Source of the DNA: Bugula neritina | Lineage: Eukaryota; Animalia; Bryozoa | NCBI GenBank assembly: GCA_964035545.1 | Contig: OZ037770.1 | Coordinates: 558,001-622,000 of the forward strand | Direction: 5' to 3' | DNA length: 64,000 nt | The notes under the pieces: model-generated | The model's database searches: none | The model's input: the letters and a program-made list of their open reading frames with translations, nothing else | Told to the model about the DNA's origin: nothing | Made by a program: the position numbers and the translations under genes | In this document: positions 1 to 64,000 of the stretch, one piece after another | Numbering within the stretch: the first letter of the stretch is position 1 | Layout: each line of letters opens with the position of its first letter

Positions 1-2715
<2,715 letters not shown>

Positions 2716-3413
2716 TGTGATCAAGTTTTAGTTAAAACTGCTAGTACTGGTATATTTCAATTAATTAAACTTTCAATAAATTGATTAGTGAAGGTGTTTA
2801 TTTTGATTTTTTTTATTTTTTTCCATTGTTGATTTGCATGAAAATAGTTTAAATTGCTATAATTATGTCCTAATATATTATAAATTTCAACATTATTTCA
2901 TCTTATGCTTTAAAATATTATTATATTTTAATATGAACTTCATGATATAATTTTGAGGATTACAGAAAATCAATTAACCAAGGTTATAAAAACAGAAAAG
3001 TCACTAAACCAGAGAAAGATTCTCAAATTTAATTAGGTGCATTAAACTGTTGATAGGGTTAGGGTTCAAACTGGAACAAAACAGTCTTTTTAAGCGAACT
3101 CGTCTTTTGAGCATTTTGATGTTTGCAAAAAGTGTGCCTTGAGTTTGTTATCATATTAAATGACCATAATATATCAACTGATTCAATTTAGAAATAACAA
3201 AGAAGGTGAGAAAAAAAGATAGAAAGACATAAACGGAGATGAAATTAAAAAAAGCGAGAGAAATAAAAATACATATTATGTTAGAGTGTGTTGAATAACA
3301 TTTTATTTGAATTTTCAAAATCAGGAAATACATATTTTGGTGTATGAGTTTAACATAAGACTATAATCCACTGCTTTAAGATGATTTATGAGTTTGTCTC
3401 CTGACATTGTGAG

Positions 3414-36800
<33,387 letters not shown>

Positions 36801-37747
36801 TAGTTTCAGGAAATTAATTATTTTCTATTGTTGATTCGTATGCAAATAGTTTAAATTACAAAACGTCCTAATATCATTATAGATATAAGTGTAATATTAT
36901 GGTTCAAAATAATTTTATAATTTAATATCAACTTAATATGCCTTGAGTTTGATATTACATCAAATGACCACGTAATCTATCACACTTAGTTTGTAAGCAG
37001 ACGCAATGTGATCTTTATAGAGCTCCTACTGGCGTTTTTATTAGTAAAGCTGCTGTGAAAAGTACAATTAACAGAATTATGAATATGCTATAATGAAATG
37101 ATAATAATATGTGATAGAAACTTTTATCAGTGATAATTTGACACTAATTAATTAGCTTCAAATAAAGAGCAAGTAATGCTATGAAAAATCAGTATAATAT
37201 ACATCATCTAAATTATTAAAAATGATATTAAAAAGTACAGTACAAATATACAAAGTATTGCAATAACAATAATAACCTTGTTAGACCATACAGGATTGTC
37301 GCCTAATTATAACTTTGATGTTAATGCAATTTTATTCTCCTCTTTTATAAAAATGATTTAAATATATACAAATAATGTGAATGAAAAGTTACTCAGCAGT
37401 TTGCTGACTGAAAGTGTAACACAGAATGAGGGCAGAGAGCAAAATCTGATTTAACAAATGAATAATTGCAAGAAATTGATGGTGTAAAAGCTATAAATTA
37501 TATAAACTTAATCGTAGTGAATTATACACATAAGGAATTTATGTTGACATTTGTGTACAATTTCATCATAGCCACAGAAGAAAACAACTATAAATATATA
37601 TGACCAATGTAATGTTTCTTTATTATGAGAAAGTTAGTTAGCTTTATTTGTTTTGATGAGATTAAGAAATTTTACTGGCATTCCCAATTATTTTATATCT
37701 CAACTGATTCAGTTTAAATATAGCAACGGAGATGAGAGAGAAAGAAG

Positions 37748-37944
37748 TGTTTTATTCTTTAGATGTCTATTTATCTAGCAATTATTAGTGGATTAGTTTT
37801 AATCTTCAGTTTATTTTAATCAAGCACTGCAGTTTGCCAAACAGGAAGTGACTATCTTTTACAAAAACAGAATAATAATTGATCAGCTAAAACATCAAGA
37901 AAAGGTAACTCCAAGTTTACATAAACTGTGTAAATATTACAACA
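37748..37944 (-). repeat. 3' LTR of gypsy element 2
   Basis: Identical to 41903-42099; abuts the PPT. Confidence 0.97.
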
Positions 37945-38052
37945 TCCCCTCTTTAGTTTCAGGCTACAACAACAAAAAAAACACACAAAAGAAACGGTTT
38001 GACAACAGTAATTAAATCAAGTGCAACTTATACTACAGGCGTGGATAATAAA

Positions 38053-41000
38053 TTATGTACAATCAAAATCTGTTAAGTAGCGTGGCACTTTTCTGGTTCG
38101 CTCAGAACATCGTGTTGGGATATTAGTTATATCAGCTCTGTTACGTATTAAAGGTCCAGTGTCAGTCATGACATTTGTTCGACGAGTAATATCATCTGAA
38201 GAAGAGGCAGCATAGCCTTCTCTTTGCATATCTCTCACCATCACATTGTCTCCTTTATTTACTGGCAAAAGGGGGCGCACTTTAGGATTTTTGTCATGAT
38301 TTTCTTTCATTTTCTCTTTATACTGATCGTTGCTCCTTTTGAATAAGTCATGGTCAGGGAGTTCAGGTTTAAGCTTATCCGGATGGATGGGTACAGTGGA
38401 TCTCAATTTTCTACCCATTAACAATTCTGCTGGAGAGTATGAGCTAAACTGCGGTGAGGATCTATAAGCTAACAAAGCCAAATAAGGATCTTTCTCTTTT
38501 GCAAGCATGTTTTTGATGGTCCTTACTCCTCGTTCAGCTGCTCCATTCGCTCTGTGATAATGTGGACTGCTAGTCACATGGGTAAATCCATACTCGACAG
38601 AAAAATGTTTAAATTCTGCACTTGCATATTGTGGGCCGTTATCTGACAATAGTATTTCAGGTATGCCATGTCGTGAAAAAATAGATTTTAGGTGTGTTAT
38701 TACTTTACTTGAAGAAAAGTCAGAGTTTCCCAGCAAGGCAAGTTCAGGATACCTTGAATAATTATCAATAACCAGAAGATATACTTGGCCTTTATAAGTC
38801 AACAAATCGGTGCTAAGGTGTTGCCAAGGTCTATCTGGAGTTGCAGAAGGACGTAATGGCTCTGTAATTTTAGCTGCATGGATTTTGCATTCAGCACAAT
38901 TGCTGATCATAGCCTCAATAGCCTTTGACATAGAAGGCCACCACACGCCATCTCTAGCCCGTGCTTGACATTTTGTAATGCCCAAGTGTCCTCTATGTAT
39001 ATCTTGCAACACCTGTTCTCTTTGAGCTAACGGTATTACCAAACGATTGCCAAGTGTCAAGAATCCTTTGTTTATTGTTAAAAGAGATCTTCTTTCAAAA
39101 TAGGGCTTCAGAAGGACATCTTCAGTGGACAAATACCCTGGCCATCCATTTTCTACTAATTTGATTACTTTTGACAGTATTTCATCTTCATGCTGTTCTA
39201 AACGAAGCTGCTCCAACCTGCTATCAGATCCATGTTGGTAGATATTATCAATATAAAGTTCAATTTCCATTTCTCTTGCTGCATCAATCTCGTTCGCTTC
39301 AGCAGTGTTATACCTGGAGAGAGCATCAGCTGCAACATTCTTAGACCCCCTCACATGTCTGATAGTATACTGAAATCTTTGAAGTCTAAGTTTAAACCCT
39401 TGAATTCTTGGTGGAAGCCTGTCTAGAAAGATATTCCCAAACAAAGTAACTAGTGGACGGTGATCAGTTTCAATAACCACATTCTTCATACCTAGTATAT
39501 ATGGAGAAAACTTTTCCATAGCCCAACAGACTGCTAAACTTTCTTTTTCTATGGCTGCATAACGCTTTTCGGTCTCTGTTAAAGATCGACTTGCAGCAGA
39601 TATCAAGCGCCGAGAGCCATCCTGTTGAATTTGACAGAGTGTTGCTCCTAGACCTGCATTGCTAGCATCTGTTGTGATTATGGTGTCTTTGTCTACATCA
39701 TAGACTGCTAAAACTGGTGCATTTTGAAATATTTCTTTTATCCTCGTGAAGGAGTTTTCTTGTTTGCTGGACCAGTGCCATGGAACATCTTTCTTCAACA
39801 GCATTCTAATTGGTTCACTCACAGCAGCTAATTCCTCGGAAAACTTAGCATACTGGTTGGCCATTCCAAGAAAACTTCGTACTGAAGTTACATTTTTCGG
39901 AGTAGGAAAATCTACTATTCCTTGAACTCGAGGGCCAACATGTATACCAGACTGATCTATGACATAACCAAGAAAATTAACAGATGGTACTCCAAATTTA
40001 CATTTGTCTTTATTGAGCGTAATGCCTGAAGCTTTAAGTTTTTCCAACACTATTTGCAATCTTGTGTCATGTTGCTCCTTGCTCTCACCAAAAACCAGTA
40101 TGTCATCCATATGTATAACCACACCATCAACATCCTTCAAAATATTGTTCATTTCAGCAACAAAAATTTCTGGAGCACTGCATAGGCCTTGAGGCAGTCG
40201 CAAATAGCGATATCGTCCAGAATGAGTCAGAAATGTTGTTAGTTTGCTAGATTCTTCGCTTAAAGGAATTTGCCAAAAACCACTGTTTGCATCAATCTTG
40301 GAAAAAATTTGTCCTTGTCCTAATTGAGCTAAGCTGCTATCTACTGTTGCCATGGGATGGAACTCTCTCAAAATATGCTTGTTTAACTCGGTATAATCTG
40401 TGCAAATTCTCACCTTGTTTTGGCCAGGTTTAGGAACTACTACCATAGGTGCCACCCATGGAGTAGGTTCATCAACTTTAACAATTACTCCATCCTCAAT
40501 CATTTTCATCAATGCTTCATCTGCTAACTTTCTTCTAGGAAAAGGTATGGGTCTGGGAACATGGATAGCAAATGGTTTAGCATCTCCTTTCAACGTAATG
40601 ACATGCTCTGTATTTACTTTGCCCAATCCTTGGAACAGCTTCTCATCAACACACACATTCTCTATTTGGCATTGAGATGAATCCACAGAGATGAGGTTTA
40701 ATTTCTCACATGCACTACGGCTAAGCAATGGTGTGGTTTGATCTTGAATAACATAAAGGTCTTCATTTATGCGCTCATTCTTTGATGTTATCTGGCACTT
40801 TATTGTTCCTAAACATGTCAAAAGTGTCTGCCCTGGGCCGTACAATTTTTTGCTAGTTGAGATTAGCTCCCCTGAGACATGATGTGGACCACATACACTA
40901 AGAGACGCACCAGTATCTAATTTAAATTTGATCCTTTGTCCTTTGTGTTTGTTGGTGCTTACTCTGAGATTGGTGTACCAGGATTGAGAACCTATGGAGT

Positions 41001-41868
41001 TAATGTGATGTGTCTCTCCTAAATAAAAATCTGTGTCACCCTTTTCTGGCTGTACTTCATTGACTTTATTCAAATTCCTACACACTCTGGCCCAGTGGTT
41101 GAATTGATTGCATTTCGCACATTTAGTTCCATAAGCTGGACATCTCTGACTTTTGTAATGGTTTTTCCCACAATGCTCACATCGGTTCTTGGAACGTTTA
41201 TCATAAGTAACCTCAGAAGGAATTCTTGACTTCCTATTATCAACATTTTGTACTGCATTGACTTCTTCGGGTTTGGGGTCTGGTAGCGTTATCGCTTTAG
41301 GCCTTGTAGATTTCTCAGCTACTCTCAGTGACTTAATCACAAAGTCTAAACTTAGTTTTTCATCAACCTCTTTCATTAATTTTTCTCTTTCATTAAAATC
41401 ATCAATTCCAAAAAGCAGTTTATCTCTTATCAATGAATCTCTTTGATTGCCAAATTCACAGCCTTCCGCCAGCCTTCGCAATTTCATTAAGTATACATCT
41501 ATTGTATCTCCACTTTGGCTACTGTTGTGAAATTGAAATCTATTCAGCACAATACTAGTGCGAGGATTACAGTACTCATGAAAACGCCTAATTACATCTT
41601 CTAGCTTTCTCCCAGCAACCCCTTCCTCAATTTCAGTAATTTCTCCACTAACCTCTAGATTAAATTCCATTTGAGAATAAATTTCACGTACATCTTCACC
41701 CCCACAATGTCTGAATAAGGCTAATTTCCTTTTTTCTGCGGCTCTTGAGTTAGCAGTTAGGTCTATTGCTAGCAAATAATCCTCAAATGACCTAATCCAA
41801 CGCCGCCATTCTCCTGACAAATCTTCTGCCCTTAAATTCAATTGTCCAGGTGGTGAAATGCCTTCCAT
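38053..41868 (-). CDS. gag-pol polyprotein of gypsy element 2 (Gag zinc knuckles, aspartic protease, RT, RNase H, integrase)
   Basis: Uninterrupted 1271-aa ORF: CEHCGKNH..C / CAKCNQFNH..VC, LDTGA, HMDD, TDAS, HRGHLG..C..C, DNGPQY, NGAAERGV. Confidence 0.96.
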   Translation of the reverse strand: MEGISPPGQLNLRAEDLSGEWRRWIRSFEDYLLAIDLTANSRAAEKRKLALFRHCGGEDVREIYSQMEFNLEVSGEITEIEEGVAGRKLEDVIRRFHEYCNPRTSIVLNRFQFHNSSQSGDTIDVYLMKLRRLAEGCEFGNQRDSLIRDKLLFGIDDFNEREKLMKEVDEKLSLDFVIKSLRVAEKSTRPKAITLPDPKPEEVNAVQNVDNRKSRIPSEVTYDKRSKNRCEHCGKNHYKSQRCPAYGTKCAKCNQFNHWARVCRNLNKVNEVQPEKGDTDFYLGETHHINSIGSQSWYTNLRVSTNKHKGQRIKFKLDTGASLSVCGPHHVSGELISTSKKLYGPGQTLLTCLGTIKCQITSKNERINEDLYVIQDQTTPLLSRSACEKLNLISVDSSQCQIENVCVDEKLFQGLGKVNTEHVITLKGDAKPFAIHVPRPIPFPRRKLADEALMKMIEDGVIVKVDEPTPWVAPMVVVPKPGQNKVRICTDYTELNKHILREFHPMATVDSSLAQLGQGQIFSKIDANSGFWQIPLSEESSKLTTFLTHSGRYRYLRLPQGLCSAPEIFVAEMNNILKDVDGVVIHMDDILVFGESKEQHDTRLQIVLEKLKASGITLNKDKCKFGVPSVNFLGYVIDQSGIHVGPRVQGIVDFPTPKNVTSVRSFLGMANQYAKFSEELAAVSEPIRMLLKKDVPWHWSSKQENSFTRIKEIFQNAPVLAVYDVDKDTIITTDASNAGLGATLCQIQQDGSRRLISAASRSLTETEKRYAAIEKESLAVCWAMEKFSPYILGMKNVVIETDHRPLVTLFGNIFLDRLPPRIQGFKLRLQRFQYTIRHVRGSKNVAADALSRYNTAEANEIDAAREMEIELYIDNIYQHGSDSRLEQLRLEQHEDEILSKVIKLVENGWPGYLSTEDVLLKPYFERRSLLTINKGFLTLGNRLVIPLAQREQVLQDIHRGHLGITKCQARARDGVWWPSMSKAIEAMISNCAECKIHAAKITEPLRPSATPDRPWQHLSTDLLTYKGQVYLLVIDNYSRYPELALLGNSDFSSSKVITHLKSIFSRHGIPEILLSDNGPQYASAEFKHFSVEYGFTHVTSSPHYHRANGAAERGVRTIKNMLAKEKDPYLALLAYRSSPQFSSYSPAELLMGRKLRSTVPIHPDKLKPELPDHDLFKRSNDQYKEKMKENHDKNPKVRPLLPVNKGDNVMVRDMQREGYAASSSDDITRRTNVMTDTGPLIRNRADITNIPTRCSERTRKVPRYLTDFDCT

Positions 41869-41902
41869 CTTTTAAACTAACCATTAAATTACGCTGCCAC
41901 CA

Positions 41903-42099
41903 TGTTTTATTCTTTAGATGTCTATTTATCTAGCAATTATTAGTGGATTAGTTTTAATCTTCAGTTTATTTTAATCAAGCACTGCAGTTTGCCAAACAGG
42001 AAGTGACTATCTTTTACAAAAACAGAATAATAATTGATCAGCTAAAACATCAAGAAAAGGTAACTCCAAGTTTACATAAACTGTGTAAATATTACAACA
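41903..42099 (-). repeat. 5' LTR of gypsy element 2
   Basis: Identical to 37748-37944; abuts the PBS. Confidence 0.97.
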
Positions 42100-42261
42100 T
42101 TACAATATAGAAAAACATAGACAGAAATAAAGAGAAAAAAGAGAGTGAGAGAAACAAAAATTCATATGCGTATGATATTTTGTGTTTGATTGTTTTATTT
42201 AAATATTTAAATCTGGCAATTATAAAGAAATTGGTGTCTGAAGCCACTGTTTTAAGATAAT

Positions 42262-51503
<9,242 letters not shown>

Positions 51504-52834
51504 TGCTATAAGTTATTTATTCAGGCTTCAAAGAGACGCACCATCAACTGCTTAGCTTAGTAAACTAAATATGCAAAGTCTATTTGAAAAACTATTTGAA
51601 AAAATGTATGCATTATCTATTGTTGATTTATTGTGAAATAACTTAAAACAAATGCATAAGAGAAAAAGAAAATAAGTTTTGCAACTTTCAATTTAAAAAT
51701 GATTAACCAAGTTTGCAATGTATATATACATTTTTTCAAGAAACACAATTATTCTGTTATAGTTTTAAACAAAAAGTAATTAAGTATATAAATGACTACA
51801 CAAAAGAATGGTAGAACTTGAAAAAATAAAATAAAAGAATACTAAAAATTAATTAGACAAATATACATGATGAAGCAATTTGATAAATTGATTTGTAATT
51901 GCTTAGTTTAAAAATTTTTAACACACAGAGATGTAAAATGAACCTAAATTATGTCAATTGGAAATACTTAAGTTTTATTAAAAACTGATAGGCATACACC
52001 TAACACTTCATAATACCAACAAAGGGATTTTTGACTGCAAAAAAAGTCAATTAACAGACATCCTGATGCTTTGACTGGAAGGTATAGCTGCAGCGTGTTA
52101 GCGCCACAGATCTACCTTTTCTCTGGCCACCAGACTGGATATGTCTAACTGGACCACTGCCTCCCACTCATTGGACGCTTTGCTGCAAGAAATAATATTT
52201 TATTGCAATTACTCCCTTTACTTTCAGACTGAATTGACAAGAGTTACTATACAGCAAAGAGAGATTTGTCAGGGGTTACCAAATTCCTCCTACTTTAGTG
52301 TTGTTGGTCAATGTTAGTTGTCTATAGTTAAAGCTGATTAAATATAACTAAAATTGTGTTCTCTTGTCATTTTAACATGTTTTTAAAAGAAAATGTTCAC
52401 AACTTATATTAGAAGCTTGCGCAACTAAATAACAATACTCCTGCAAATGTTGAAAATAACAATGATGACTTACTATGACACAATTACAAAGGGTTGATAT
52501 AAGAAATTTTACAGCACTTACACGTCTTTCGCATTAAATACCGGTTTAATCAAGCAGAATAATATAGTAGTTATTAAATGCATGTCTGGTGTAAGGGTTA
52601 GTACACTTTTTAGCATAATAATAGTTTCTAAACTTAACAATGATAAACATGACTTTGTGTTACAGTTATGTGCAAAATCCTTTGAAATTTATTGTTTACT
52701 AATCTTGAAGAAATTGAAAATGTAAGCATTATGTAATAACAGTATATTTTGACGGGAGACAAAACTTGTATTTTTGTTTATGATCAGAAAGTAGCTGATT
52801 GTATAGTTAAAAGAGAGTAAGAGAGTGTTGGCAA

Positions 52835-53202
<368 letters not shown>

Positions 53203-53629
53203 TGATGAATAGATAAATGTACAAATAATACACAAACAGCAGGGCAGCAACAGAGAAACAGAACAAAAATAATCTACAAATGCTCAGACTTTCTTGCAAA
53301 TTTTAGTTATAAATAGCATGTAAAAAACTTTTTGTTGCCTCAAAAGAAAGCTAGTGAAGCAAAAAACTTAAGCATTCAAAAAATCCATATTACGCAGCTG
53401 ATTTGTACTGAATATAAAAATACTATGTTTTACTATGATGAAATATACATATAATTTATTGTATAAAGTATATTAAGCTCTAGTAAACGCTCATTTGTAT
53501 AAACTAAAGATTTCATAAAATAGCTGACATAGAAGAACTGAGAGAAACAGTATAATTCGTCAATATACATTGTGATGCCCTAAGCAATGCTGTTTTATAT
53601 CTCCACTGTCTATAGCAGATAGCAGCCTC

Positions 53630-61812
<8,183 letters not shown>

Positions 61813-62395
61813 GATTGACTGATCTAAAATAAATTCTAGTAACTAAATATTTTCAGTTCAACAATTACTAACGTAACTTTGTGATGAAGCCATACGTAAA
61901 AATATTTTTTAATATTTGTGTAATACTGACTTGAAGATATTGAAGCTATTTAAAGTACTACCATACCAGCAATAAATTTTATAGGTATATGTGCATATGA
62001 ATCGGTTTTAATACATGAGCTTTGTTTTATGATAATTCTTATTGCACTTTTGTTACTTTAGCTATATTCGAAATTTATATATATTTTACATTCCAATACT
62101 TTTTCATTATTTTGTACATCACCTTGACGAGTGGCCAAAGTCATGCTACGAAACAAATTTGTAGGTGATATATACTTGATATTAAAATAGAAGATTTTAG
62201 TCAATTGTACCTAACCTATATATGTATATATATTTTTTTTTTCAAATTTTTGGTAACAAACTAAACAATAAACCTGAAGCCATTTTGACAAAACTATTTT
62301 ATCTTAAAAAAACAAATATCATTGTTGATCGTGTAAAAATACCACAAGTTGAATTGATCAGGTATTGTTTGTACTTGAAGCTACATTTAGACATT
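61813..62395. promoter_or_regulatory. Putative shared (bidirectional) promoter/5'UTR region between G1 and G0
   Basis: Only 583 bp separate the divergent ATGs. Inferred from position; no specific motif is called. Confidence 0.5.

Positions 62396-64000
<1,605 letters not shown>

Larger units (their letters stand above)
37748..42099 (-). mobile_element. Full-length, apparently intact Ty3/gypsy (Mag-like) LTR retrotransposon 2, just downstream of the G2 stop codon
   Basis: 197-bp LTRs (TGTT...AACA) at 37748-37944 and 41903-42099, identical by eye. PBS TGGTGGCAGCG (41902-41892, tRNA-Leu-like), PPT AAAGAGGGGA (37954-37945), single 1271-aa ORF. No TSD (flanks AGAAG / TTACA). Confidence 0.97.

Noticed and set aside
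40100-40115. RT motif HMDD instead of YxDD as an inactivating change in gypsy 2
   Set aside because: The catalytic aspartates are intact, HMDD-type variants occur in Mag-like elements, and the element is otherwise intact.
52200-52620. Faint L1/Tx1-like RT relics (also ~12500-12800)
   Set aside because: Only isolated degenerate motifs (ICQGLP; QGVVTSIPK) are visible; too weak to delimit without a search.

Overview
AT-rich, intron-containing animal (probably invertebrate) genomic DNA; the taxon cannot be fixed from the sequence. The main feature is invisible in the ORF track because its exons are only 65-217 bp: a tandem cluster of five paralogous genes, which I spliced by hand and call G0-G4. 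They encode type I membrane proteins with a signal peptide, six divergent fibronectin type III (FN3)-like domains (two exons each), one TM helix and a short non-catalytic tail. G1 (61812-53630), G2 (51503-42262) and G3 (36729-3414) are complete 15-coding-exon genes on the minus strand. G4 (starts 2715) runs off the left edge. G0 (starts 62396, plus strand) is head-to-head with G1 and runs off the right edge. The membrane-distal domain is hypervariable, with 9 of 11 substitutions non-synonymous between the near-identical G3 and G4. All five genes carry a (GA)n tract in the intron that splits that domain, and the paralogs are exon-level mosaics. This pattern suggests a diversifying recognition receptor family. 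Mobile DNA includes two full-length Mag-like Ty3/gypsy elements: one inserted exactly at a splice donor of G3, and one intact, with identical LTRs but no TSD. A 20.5-kb DNA-transposon-like insertion with an 8-bp TSD lies in G3 intron 9; it splits an RTE-like LINE relic and contains a Dong/R4-like LINE and possible KDZ/Zisupton transposase relics. There is also a near-perfect palindrome with 128-bp arms, plus MITE-like relics and microsatellites. All counts were made by eye.
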